A model generated the notes under the pieces. It saw only the letters and a program-made list of their open reading frames with translations. It was not told the origin of the DNA and did no database searches. From a virus (taxonomy: Duplodnaviria; Caudoviricetes), in IMG/VR virus record IMGVR_UViG_3300012347_000179, positions 1 to 32,093 of that record: 32,093 nucleotides of DNA; one strand, given 5' to 3'. Below, one piece after another: positions 18,253-26,274 of the stretch. How positions within the stretch are numbered: position 1 is the first letter of the stretch; each line of letters begins with the position of its first letter. Position numbers and translations under genes: made by a program.

Positions 18253-18675
18253 TTAGCAAACAGTCATTTCATTTCTAACTAATACATCAAATGTTAAAGC
18301 CCAACCTGCTAAATCGTTTTCAAATCTTTCAGTAAATGGTTCAAAACTTGGCGAACCTGTTAACTCCCAAAAGTCATCTCTTAAATCACCTCTATTTAAT
18401 CTATCCATTACTCTAACACCTAATTGCATTTGAGTATTCCAAACATCTACTTTATTGCTTTCATCTTTTTGATTAAGCAAATCCATCATTAAAATAGTAA
18501 TATTAAACTGAATTACATTACCCTGATGTGTAGCATTATTTACCATTATGTGAGATAAAGGAAATAATGTACGCTTTGCTAAATCCACGCTAAATATATC
18601 ACCCTCTGTAACTGTATTTACAAAAGGCTCATCTAATAACGCTTCTTTAATTTTATTTATAATATTATATACCAT
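18253..18675 (-). CDS. Tail terminator-like protein
   Basis: 140 aa acidic; FPLSHI and ERFENDLAGW motifs. Confidence 0.6.
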   Translation of the reverse strand: MVYNIINKIKEALLDEPFVNTVTEGDIFSVDLAKRTLFPLSHIMVNNATHQGNVIQFNITILMMDLLNQKDESNKVDVWNTQMQLGVRVMDRLNRGDLRDDFWELTGSPSFEPFTERFENDLAGWALTFDVLVRNEMTVC

Positions 18676-18926
18676 TTCGTTTTATGTTTTTAATTTCTAT
18701 TTCTGTTTTTTCTTTTTCAAACATTAACCACATCATTAATTGAGTGATGGGAAGTTTTGTAATTGCATCAAATCGTAAAACATCGCCCTGTGCTGCGGCA
18801 TAAATTGACTGATACCATCCGTATTTTTTTCCAAAATTTGCTTCGCTATTTCCGAGTGTTCCACTTCGTTCTGTATATAATACATCAAACCTTGCACACA
18901 GTCGTTGTGCAAAGTCGAAAAAAAAA
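18665..18926 (-). CDS. -1 frameshift extension of the tail assembly chaperone (gpGT-like)
   Basis: ORF in the -1 frame beginning at a T9 run; KYGWYQSIY...ITKLPITQLMMWL. Confidence 0.75.
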
Positions 18927-19413
18927 CCATACAACCTAATACAACATCTAAAGGCATATACTTTAAATACTCACTATATTTTTCAGAGCTTTCGTATTCT
19001 TCAATAGTATATAAACCTTTTACTTTGCTTGTAATTGGTCTATATAAAATAGCCATTGCTTTATGAATTGTTTGCGTATCAGATAAGTAAGCCTCTAAAT
19101 CTATGTACTCGCCAGAAGTCATATCTTCTAACTTTGGTATAAAACCAAATTCAACTGTACCCATTTTAAAAGTAGGTATTAGTTTAGGTTTTTGACTTAA
19201 CAGATTATTTAAATGATTTAATAATTCTTGTGTATCAGCTAACCTAATACGTGCTACTTCTTTTAATTGTATATCACAAAATATTTCAATAGTTTTTTGA
19301 TTAACAAACTCACTCGCTTCGTTATCCTTAACCAATTTTTCAAACTTTTGATATTGATTAAGAGTAATTTCGTTTAGCGTTTCAGGAATTTTAATATCTA
19401 TTTTCATAAGCAT
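18736..19413 (-). CDS. Tail assembly chaperone (gpG-like)
   Basis: Contains slippery ATG GTT TTT TTT TCG; true start may be the second Met at 19407. Confidence 0.7.
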   Translation of the reverse strand: MLMKIDIKIPETLNEITLNQYQKFEKLVKDNEASEFVNQKTIEIFCDIQLKEVARIRLADTQELLNHLNNLLSQKPKLIPTFKMGTVEFGFIPKLEDMTSGEYIDLEAYLSDTQTIHKAMAILYRPITSKVKGLYTIEEYESSEKYSEYLKYMPLDVVLGCMVFFSTLHNDCVQGLMYYIQNEVEHSEIAKQILEKNTDGISQFMPQHRAMFYDLMQLQNFPSLN

Positions 19414-19444
19414 TTATTTAAAAACATTAAAGTTTAATTTTTGT
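19413..19444 (-). promoter_or_regulatory. Putative late promoter (tail operon)
   Basis: ACAA-N14-TGTTTTTAAATAAA. Confidence 0.75.
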
Positions 19445-19451
19445 ATAAAGT

Positions 19452-19479
19452 AAAAAGCAACTATATTTGATTAGTTGCT
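19452..19479 (-). terminator. Intrinsic terminator after the terminase operon
   Basis: AGCAACTA-ATCAAATA-TAGTTGCT-TTTT. Confidence 0.75.
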
Positions 19480-19619
19480 AATTTATATGCGTGTATTAAT
19501 TTTTTTATTTCTCCTACGTTACGTGGTAAGTTAATAGTAACCTGCTTACCTGTTTTTTTTAATATATGTACTTCTACCATATAAATCATTTCGCCATACG
19601 TTGGTTGATTAGTAGACAT
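19461..19619 (-). CDS. Small hypothetical protein (52 aa, MSTNQPTYGEMIYMVE...)
   Basis: Hand-translated; overlaps the terL end and stops inside the terminator. Confidence 0.6.
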   Translation of the reverse strand: MSTNQPTYGEMIYMVEVHILKKTGKQVTINLPRNVGEIKKLIHAYKLATNQI

Positions 19620-20850
19620 AATAAGAACCTTTATTTGGGTTATCTAAATGAAATGTAACGTTATAACGTATTGCATCGATAGCGTGGTTAAAATCATCTA
19701 TGTATAATTTACTGCCTTTGTTTAGGTATGCGTAATTATTTAACTCCTTTGCTATATTACTGCTATCGTTATCTACTATAATATCATAATCTAACATCAT
19801 AGTAACACCACTTTCAATAGTACCTTTTTTAATTGGTTCTATGTTTAAACCTTTGTGCCTTAAATCTACTATTAGCCTATTCTCTGCACTATCAGCTATT
19901 ATTAATTTATTGGTTGCTTTGTCTGTACATATCTTTGCCAATTCTTCCATACGTAAACCATTCTGATACAAATGCTCTTTAACGTAAATCTTTTTATGGT
20001 CTTTGTCTATTGCAACTTCAATAAGTGTATCAGGGTCAATACTAAAACCAAAGTCTAAACCAAATGAAGTAGGTAAGTTGTTAGGGTTAAACGTACCAAA
20101 TTGCCAATTAGTAAATACTACTCCCTCTGCTTTGTCTAACCATCCGCCTAATATCTGATGCTTGTATTTTTGTGGTCGCCTTACTTTCATATCTTCTACT
20201 TGTAGTATAAAAGACTGCGAAAGGTTAGCGTAATTATCCTCGTAAGTTGTGTGTATATATGTAGTATCTCCTTTAACTAAATTACTACCATCTGCAACAC
20301 CTTTGCTTTCGTAGAAACGTTTGTATATGAAGTGTTCTTTAGTTGCAGGATTAAGTACTAATATAACTCTGTTTTGTATTCCTTTGGCACGTATAGAGAA
20401 GTCTATTTTATCAAAAGTATCTTCATCGTTTAACTCCTCTGCTTCATCTAATACCCAAGTAGTTACTCCAGCTAAAGATTTTAAGTTAGCTGTTTGTGTA
20501 CCGCTACTAGTTTTAATACCTTTAAATAAGATTTTAGAGCCAGTTTTTAAATTTACTATTTCGTCTTTAGTAATATAAAAATCGTGGCTTAAATTAGCTG
20601 TTTCAATCTTATCAATAAATTCAGGTATAATAGAAACGTGTGCAGAAGTTAAAGTATAACGTGTAAATAATATTACGTGTCCTACTTCATAAGTAAGCAG
20701 AAGTAAAAACGAATTAAGGGAGTAGGATTTACCGCTTCCCCTACCCCCTGTAATTACAAAGTATCTACTATTAGCCCCAAGTAGATTATATTTTTTATTA
20801 AGATTTATCAAAGTATGGATTTTGCATATAATAAATATTATTTTCTTCAA
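19609..20850 (-). CDS. terL: Terminase large subunit (PBSX/SPP1-type)
   Basis: GGRGSGKS Walker A, WVLDEAEE Walker B, LNP, GLDFGF and NHAIDAIRY. True start may be TTG at 20811. Confidence 0.95.
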   Translation of the reverse strand: MKKIIFIICKIHTLINLNKKYNLLGANSRYFVITGGRGSGKSYSLNSFLLLLTYEVGHVILFTRYTLTSAHVSIIPEFIDKIETANLSHDFYITKDEIVNLKTGSKILFKGIKTSSGTQTANLKSLAGVTTWVLDEAEELNDEDTFDKIDFSIRAKGIQNRVILVLNPATKEHFIYKRFYESKGVADGSNLVKGDTTYIHTTYEDNYANLSQSFILQVEDMKVRRPQKYKHQILGGWLDKAEGVVFTNWQFGTFNPNNLPTSFGLDFGFSIDPDTLIEVAIDKDHKKIYVKEHLYQNGLRMEELAKICTDKATNKLIIADSAENRLIVDLRHKGLNIEPIKKGTIESGVTMMLDYDIIVDNDSSNIAKELNNYAYLNKGSKLYIDDFNHAIDAIRYNVTFHLDNPNKGSYYVY

Positions 20851-20995
20851 CCCAATTATGATAATATACTTTTATGTTTTTATATTCTGTTATTTTACAT
20901 TCAAAATCTTTTGAACAAACAAAAACATAATCATCTGTATTCATTTCTTTTGGTACAGATTTAAGTATATCATCTAATATTTTAGTCATTACCAA
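20798..20995 (-). CDS. Small hypothetical protein between the terminase genes
   Basis: ORF overlapping both neighbours. Confidence 0.6.
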   Translation of the reverse strand: MVMTKILDDILKSVPKEMNTDDYVFVCSKDFECKITEYKNIKVYYHNWVEENNIYYMQNPYFDKS

Positions 20996-21272
20996 TTTTA
21001 AATATATCCTTAATATTAAAATCGTTTATGTTATGTGTTGTTTCTACTGTTTCTTTTGGTTTACCAAATATATGCTCTGCTATAAATATCTGTCCTCTTT
21101 GGCTATCCATTAAAGTATTCTTAACAAAAGTCTTTTTAGCTTCATCATCAGTTTCAGTATTGTATAATTCCTTTAAAGCGTTTACAAATAAAGTATTTAC
21201 TTTTTGCTCATCTACTTTTGGTTTACGCCCTGCATTTTTATTACCACCGTTATATTTTCTTTTATCTTCCAT
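20982..21272 (-). CDS. terS: Terminase small subunit (putative)
   Basis: NGG..NAGRKPK and EHIFGKPKETVE motifs; upstream of terL. Confidence 0.7.
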   Translation of the reverse strand: MEDKRKYNGGNKNAGRKPKVDEQKVNTLFVNALKELYNTETDDEAKKTFVKNTLMDSQRGQIFIAEHIFGKPKETVETTHNINDFNIKDIFKIGND

Positions 21273-21290
21273 AAATCAAAAAAGTAATTA

Positions 21291-21674
21291 TTATTGATTA
21301 TCTATAGTTGCATCATATACTAATTTTAACTCCTGTATCATATCACGCCAACAAGAACCGCAGCTTGTACTTTGAAAGTTAATATTAAATACTTCTTTAT
21401 AGATAGCCTTTAAACGCTCTTGTAATTTAATTGTTAATTGCTCTGGTTGGTTTGGTAAGAAGTCTTTTAAAAACGTTATGCTATCTTCTGACAAACAGTT
21501 TAGCGTTTGGTTCTCTGTACTTCTGTAACTCCATAACTTGTTAAGCGTTTCTTTTCTATCTTCGCAACCGCAGTTTTCACCAAATACAGATTTAACTACA
21601 CTTGCTATTCCTGTAGTTTCTAAAACGTTTTCAATAGTATCACCTAATCCTTGAGCTTTCTTTTTCCTTGCCAT
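21291..21674 (-). CDS. Phage protein with GLGDT, CGC and CxxC motifs
   Basis: AQGLGDTIE...NCGCEDRK...SCGSC. Confidence 0.75.
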   Translation of the reverse strand: MARKKKAQGLGDTIENVLETTGIASVVKSVFGENCGCEDRKETLNKLWSYRSTENQTLNCLSEDSITFLKDFLPNQPEQLTIKLQERLKAIYKEVFNINFQSTSCGSCWRDMIQELKLVYDATIDNQ

Positions 21675-21676
21675 AA

Positions 21677-22081
21677 TTATATTTTATTTAATTTATATTT
21701 ATTATCCTTATTATTTATATAATGTCTAACTGAACTATAAGAATAATTTAAAGCATCACAAGCTTGTTTTATTGTATCATAAAAAATACCTGTATCTAAA
21801 TGTAAAACTTGTTTAGAAAATGGATTTTTACCACCTATTTGATTTCTTACTCCTACTTTGCAATTATGCAATATTTGTAATTCGTATTCTTTATTAATAG
21901 CTTCTTTTAAATCTTTAGTAGTATGTAAAATTTTAACTACATCATTATCTGTACAAAAATTATTTTTACTTGAGTGCTTCCATAATCTTTTTTGTAAATC
22001 TGTTGTAACTCCAATATAATTATCTAACGTTAAATGATAAATTATATATTCTTTGTCTTTAATGCTATATAACTTTCCCAT
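21677..22081 (-). CDS. GIY-YIG homing endonuclease-like protein with NUMOD1-like C-terminal HTH
   Basis: IIY...YIGVTTDLQKRLWKH...E...N; TGIFYDTIKQACDALN. Confidence 0.72.
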   Translation of the reverse strand: MGKLYSIKDKEYIIYHLTLDNYIGVTTDLQKRLWKHSSKNNFCTDNDVVKILHTTKDLKEAINKEYELQILHNCKVGVRNQIGGKNPFSKQVLHLDTGIFYDTIKQACDALNYSYSSVRHYINNKDNKYKLNKI

Positions 22082-22292
22082 ATTGTTTTAGTATTTTTTT
22101 ATGATATAATTTATCTTTTTTTGTTATTGTGTAATTACCTTTTCTGCTTTTGTGTAATGCGTTTGAAATCATAAATATTATATCAGCATCTGTATCTATA
22201 AAATCTTCTTTAGTTTCAAACTTACTTAAAGAATTAAAATCTATATCTTTGTAGTAATTCATTAAAGTATAAATTTGTTTTACTGCTTCCAT
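22065..22292 (-). CDS. Hypothetical protein
   Basis: ORF track; tight packing. Confidence 0.65.
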   Translation of the reverse strand: MEAVKQIYTLMNYYKDIDFNSLSKFETKEDFIDTDADIIFMISNALHKSRKGNYTITKKDKLYHKKILKQYGKVI

Positions 22293-22293
22293 A

Positions 22294-22782
22294 TTATTTT
22301 AAATTATTATAATCTTCCTGGAATAACTCCCTTAACTTTTTCTTGTGTCCTTTTAGTGAATGGAATATAGAAACAAAACTAATACCTGTTTCTTTTGCTA
22401 ACTTACGCATAGATAAATCACTATCCCTGTAAATTGTAAATAGTTTTTTATCGTACATATCCCAACTGTTTACTTCAGCTTCGCATTTAGTTCTAAATAA
22501 ATGCCATTGTACTGCGTGCTGTTCATCAAAATCTATCTCTGCAGGTTGGTCTACAAAATCAACTATTGTAAACTTATTATAAAATTGAGTAATATAAACG
22601 CTACGTATAACGATAAAAATATAACTTTTATTTAAATTACCGTTTGTAAAACATTTTTCCTCACTTGAGTACATATGTAACTTAATATAAGTTTCCTGTA
22701 CTATATCTTCATAGTTAATCTTATCAAATACTTTAGCGTATTCGATTAATTGCTTATGGTGTTTGTATAACTTTTCTAACAT
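22294..22782 (-). CDS. ECF/sigma70-like transcription factor (putative late sigma)
   Basis: Region-2-like EDIVQETYIKL and region-4 HTH LSMRKLAKETGISFVSIFHSLK. Confidence 0.78.
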   Translation of the reverse strand: MLEKLYKHHKQLIEYAKVFDKINYEDIVQETYIKLHMYSSEEKCFTNGNLNKSYIFIVIRSVYITQFYNKFTIVDFVDQPAEIDFDEQHAVQWHLFRTKCEAEVNSWDMYDKKLFTIYRDSDLSMRKLAKETGISFVSIFHSLKGHKKKLRELFQEDYNNLK

Positions 22783-22791
22783 TAATACAAA

Positions 22792-22840
22792 TGTTACAAA
22801 AACGTTTTGTATTATTAAAACATCATTGTAACATATTTGT
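22792..22840 (-). promoter_or_regulatory. Degenerate late-motif copy plus TGTTACAA/TTGTAACA inverted repeat upstream of the sigma gene
   Basis: ACAA-N14-TGTTTTAATAA at 22812-22840; inverted repeat at 22792-22799 and 22826-22833. Confidence 0.55.
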
Positions 22841-22853
22841 ATAAAGTTATTAA

Positions 22854-22961
22854 CTATTCTTCTATTTCTTCTTCAAAATCGCAGTGTTCTAAACAAGCAC
22901 TACATAAATCACTCCAAATGTGGTGAGGTTCTGCACCGCAACAATTACTATATTCGTTCAT
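22854..22961 (-). CDS. 35-aa Cys-rich zinc-ribbon-like microprotein
   Basis: Hand-translated MNEYSNCCGAEPHHIWSDLCSACLEHCDFEEEIEE; has the shared junction leader. Confidence 0.75.
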   Translation of the reverse strand: MNEYSNCCGAEPHHIWSDLCSACLEHCDFEEEIEE

Positions 22962-22974
22962 ATCTTATTTGTTT

Positions 22975-23181
22975 TTAAAAGTTTTCTATTTCTTGTTTAA
23001 CTTCTTGTAAAAATTCAATATGAAAATCATTGTATTGAATTGCTAAATCAACTGCAATTAATGCACATTGTTTGGCTGATTTCCAATTTCTTTCTAATAT
23101 AATCCCAAAATGTATTGGCTCAATAGTTTCTGCATAATGCTCAACTAATTCTTTTGCTTGTTCCACTGCTGATTGTTTCAT
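22975..23181 (-). CDS. Small protein, AKxCALI family
   Basis: Nucleotide-level identity blocks shared with 30975..31190. Confidence 0.8.
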   Translation of the reverse strand: MKQSAVEQAKELVEHYAETIEPIHFGIILERNWKSAKQCALIAVDLAIQYNDFHIEFLQEVKQEIENF

Positions 23182-23184
23182 ATC

Positions 23185-23409
23185 TTATTTGTTTTGATTT
23201 TGTTCAAACCATTCTTTTATATCTATAAAGGTAACAAAACATTTGTTAGCGTCTAAAATACCGACTAATAAATCTAATACTTCTATCTCACTATACATTT
23301 TCTTGTCTTGTTCTTGTTGCCATTTAGCACCTGCAATAAATGATTCATTTGGAAAAAGTAAATCTAAATCTTCATTATTTGAGGCCTCTTCAAGTGTTTC
23401 CTGTTTCAT
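23185..23409 (-). CDS. Small protein (MKQETLEEA...GAKWQQEQ)
   Basis: ORF with the shared junction leader. Confidence 0.8.
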   Translation of the reverse strand: MKQETLEEASNNEDLDLLFPNESFIAGAKWQQEQDKKMYSEIEVLDLLVGILDANKCFVTFIDIKEWFEQNQNK

Positions 23410-23412
23410 AAC

Positions 23413-23676
23413 TTATTTGTTAAATGTTTCTTTGTAGTATTGTTCTCCAAAAGTTAAATGTTTTTCCTCTGCAAATTGTCTTATTTCAGATTCAGTCATT
23501 TTATTAACTCTGTCATTATGTAAATACTGTCTTAAAGCACAACTATTTCCTGCCTCAATAATCTGTTGTTTTTCCATTTCTTTGGCTTGTTCGAAATTTT
23601 CTAAAGACCAATTAATAAAGTTTGCGTGACTATTTTTAAATTTTTCTTCTAACCATTCTACTGCTGTCTGTTTCAT
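23413..23676 (-). CDS. Small protein, TAVE...QAKEMEKQQ family
   Basis: Shares a 31-nt block with 31386..31613. Confidence 0.8.
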   Translation of the reverse strand: MKQTAVEWLEEKFKNSHANFINWSLENFEQAKEMEKQQIIEAGNSCALRQYLHNDRVNKMTESEIRQFAEEKHLTFGEQYYKETFNK

Positions 23677-23694
23677 AACTTATTTGTTTTTAAG

Positions 23695-23781
23695 TTAAAG
23701 AATAAAGAATAATATTGTAAAAAATACTACCCAATAAACTGTAATTAATAATACATCTGATAATGTTAGTTTTGCTTTCAT
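23695..23781 (-). CDS. 28-aa single-TM peptide
   Basis: MKAKLTLSDVLLITVYWVVFFTILFFIL; first ORF after an early promoter. Confidence 0.65.
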   Translation of the reverse strand: MKAKLTLSDVLLITVYWVVFFTILFFIL

Positions 23782-23815
23782 AATTTTTTTGTTTTAATTG
23801 TTAATAATTGTTTGG

Positions 23816-23856
23816 CAAATATACAAATACTTTTCTAATAAAAAAATTTTTTATTA
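23816..23856 (-). promoter_or_regulatory. Early promoter (TATATTTG) with palindromic operator 23836-23856
   Basis: TAATAAAAAA-A-TTTTTTATTA. Confidence 0.75.
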
Positions 23857-23865
23857 CTTTTTTTT

Positions 23866-24432
23866 TTATTTTAAATAACTATCAAACATTTTAGGGTTAA
23901 TTTCTCTTAATTTATGCCAATCATCATTAGTATAATCTAATAGCATTTTATCCCAAAACTTTGTTTTTTTTAATACCTTGTTTGCTTTTAAATAATCAGC
24001 TACTTGTAAATTACTCATTAACTTATTTACTTTAGTTCTTATTGGAATAACTACTTTACGCTTTGGCTCGTAATCTTTTCCATCGTAATATTTTTTAAAA
24101 CTCCATTGTTGTTTATAAGTATCTTTTTGCTGTTGTATTAAATCGTAATATTTTTTTATGTATTCTTTATCCTTGTTTACATATGCTTTTACAATTAGTT
24201 TAGAAGCCTTATCTGTTTTATAAGTTTTCATTTTTTTAAAGTAATTGTAAATATTTGAGCGTTTGCAATTAATATCATTTGTTACGCTACGTAATATTTC
24301 TGCTTGTTTTAAATGCTTTAGCTCTTTATATTGTTGTTCTACGTATAATGCTTTTAAAACTGTATTTACTACTGTTCTATTTTGTAAAGTTAAATCTACT
24401 CCTAAAGTTTCTTTTATTTCGTTAATTGTCAT
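23866..24432 (-). CDS. Basic hypothetical protein, possibly DNA-binding
   Basis: Lys-rich with a weak HTH-like segment. Confidence 0.65.
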   Translation of the reverse strand: MTINEIKETLGVDLTLQNRTVVNTVLKALYVEQQYKELKHLKQAEILRSVTNDINCKRSNIYNYFKKMKTYKTDKASKLIVKAYVNKDKEYIKKYYDLIQQQKDTYKQQWSFKKYYDGKDYEPKRKVVIPIRTKVNKLMSNLQVADYLKANKVLKKTKFWDKMLLDYTNDDWHKLREINPKMFDSYLK

Positions 24433-24655
24433 TGTTTATAGTTTTATGTAAATGAATTATTGTTTTGTTTATTGATATACTTATTTCGTTTGATGATATT
24501 GGTTTTGTAAATCTTGTTACTTCGCCTTTGTATTCGTATTCAATCCACCATTTGTATTTATGATAAACAGGGTAAACTTTATAACCTTGTTTAATTAGCT
24601 CGTAATATTGTTTACTTGTATCTTGTAAACTTTCTATTTCTTTACGTTTTGCCAT
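24422..24655 (-). CDS. Hypothetical protein
   Basis: Overlaps both neighbours. Confidence 0.65.
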   Translation of the reverse strand: MAKRKEIESLQDTSKQYYELIKQGYKVYPVYHKYKWWIEYEYKGEVTRFTKPISSNEISISINKTIIHLHKTINNDN

Positions 24656-25190
24656 TGGTTAATTCTTTTGTTTTAATTCGGTATATTGCTATAAGTTCTT
24701 TTACATCTTCAATAGATAATAAAGCAGGATTGTTTCTATCGTTTACAAGTTGGTTATATCTTTCTATTCCAATTCTATTAGGCAATCTTAAAGCGTACTC
24801 TATTAAATTACCGTGTAAATCTTTATTACATCTTATACAAGAGTTATGCACGTTATCTTCATTAAAGCGTAAGTTTGGACTTGAGCCTACAGAATAAAAA
24901 TGTGAAGCGTTTACATCGTTATCTTTTAAAAACTTATCACACGAAACGCAAGGCTTACCTTTATCCCTTGTGCGAATGTAAGTATTAAAAACCTTTTGGC
25001 AAATATTTAAGTAGTCTGATTTTGTCATTAATTTTTCCTTAAGTACTTTCTTTTCTTTTTGCCAATCTTTTGCTTTTTTACTTTTCATAAATTGTATTGA
25101 GCAGGCAATCGAACAGACTATTTGAGTATTATTCTGCGGTGTAAATTTATCTTTACAGCTAACGCATTTTCTTTGATATACTTTTTGCAT
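24642..25190 (-). CDS. ninG: NinG/Rap-family junction endonuclease
   Basis: CxxC...CxxxC N-terminus, FNTYIRTRD, PCVSC, ASHF and LRFNEDNVH..CIRCN. Confidence 0.88.
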   Translation of the reverse strand: MQKVYQRKCVSCKDKFTPQNNTQIVCSIACSIQFMKSKKAKDWQKEKKVLKEKLMTKSDYLNICQKVFNTYIRTRDKGKPCVSCDKFLKDNDVNASHFYSVGSSPNLRFNEDNVHNSCIRCNKDLHGNLIEYALRLPNRIGIERYNQLVNDRNNPALLSIEDVKELIAIYRIKTKELTNGKT

Positions 25191-25840
25191 TAGAATAGTT
25201 TTGTTTGGTTAGTGTGGTTTACTATTCTTTGTATTGCCTTATCGTAATACTCTTTATCTAATTCACAAGCTGTTAGTTCAAATCCGTAATCGTGACAAGC
25301 TATTGCTATTGAACCTGAACCTAAATGCGTATCAAGTATTTTATCTCCTTCTTTAGCATAATTTTCTAAAAGCCATTTATATAATTTAGCAGGTTTTTGT
25401 GTTGGGTGTATGCTTCCACCTTGCTGTGCTATTAAACCTCTATTGATATTTACTTGCCTTGTAGCTTTTTGAAAACTACTATATGCAATTTCTCCATCAC
25501 TCATACTTAAACCTTCTTGACCTTTATACCAAAATATCCAACCCATTGTTCCTTTTGTCAAATGCTCTACAAAATAATTAGCACCCCATATAATTTGGTT
25601 TTTAGATACTCTTACTAATTCATTAAAATATTCTGAAGTAGGTATTTCATTATCCCATTCTTTTTGTTTATGTAATTTTCTTTTGTGTTTTGGATTTTTT
25701 GTAAAAGTTTCTGTTTGCCCATCTCTTTCAATTCCATAAGGCGGGTCTACAATAGCTAAATCAAAATAGTTGTCAGGATAACGTGACATCAAAAGCATAT
25801 TGTCTTCGTTTGTTATCGTTATTTTATCTGTAATTTTCAT
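25190..25840 (-). CDS. N6-adenine/N4-cytosine DNA methyltransferase (beta class), orphan
   Basis: DPPY, then HPTQKP and DTHLGSGS. Confidence 0.92.
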   Translation of the reverse strand: MKITDKITITNEDNMLLMSRYPDNYFDLAIVDPPYGIERDGQTETFTKNPKHKRKLHKQKEWDNEIPTSEYFNELVRVSKNQIIWGANYFVEHLTKGTMGWIFWYKGQEGLSMSDGEIAYSSFQKATRQVNINRGLIAQQGGSIHPTQKPAKLYKWLLENYAKEGDKILDTHLGSGSIAIACHDYGFELTACELDKEYYDKAIQRIVNHTNQTKLF

Positions 25841-25842
25841 AA

Positions 25843-26274
25843 TTATAATTTTAAAGTTAAATCATCGTTTGGACTTGGTAACGTAACACCAAAGTATTCA
25901 AATGTAAAGTTATTAATTTCTGCGAGTAAATCCATAAATTGACTTGTTGAAAGTTCTGTAGTAGATTTTATACGTTCTATTACTTCGCCTGTTTCTTCAT
26001 TTACAAATAGTGCTTCTTTTAAAAACTTTAGTTTAATTAAATCGTGAGTGCTTTCGTTTGTCATTATATGCCCAGCTTCTTTTAAACAATTTTGTACTAT
26101 TGGAATAATTACACCATAATAAAATCGGTTTTGCTGCGTACTTCTTTTCTTCTTTGCTTTTTCAATTTTAATTACTATTTGTTTACCCTCAAAAGTTTCT
26201 ATTGCATCTTTAATTAAATTTGTATTGCGTGTTAAAGTTCCGTTTTTAACTTCGCTTAATATCTCAAAATTCAT
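25843..26274 (-). CDS. NinB/Orf-like recombination accessory protein
   Basis: KRSTQQNRFYY...STTELSTSQF. Confidence 0.65.
   Translation of the reverse strand: MNFEILSEVKNGTLTRNTNLIKDAIETFEGKQIVIKIEKAKKKRSTQQNRFYYGVIIPIVQNCLKEAGHIMTNESTHDLIKLKFLKEALFVNEETGEVIERIKSTTELSTSQFMDLLAEINNFTFEYFGVTLPSPNDDLTLKL

Noticed and set aside
25190-25840. Complete restriction-modification system
   Set aside because: The neighbours are NinB- and NinG-like; no cognate restriction enzyme is evident.
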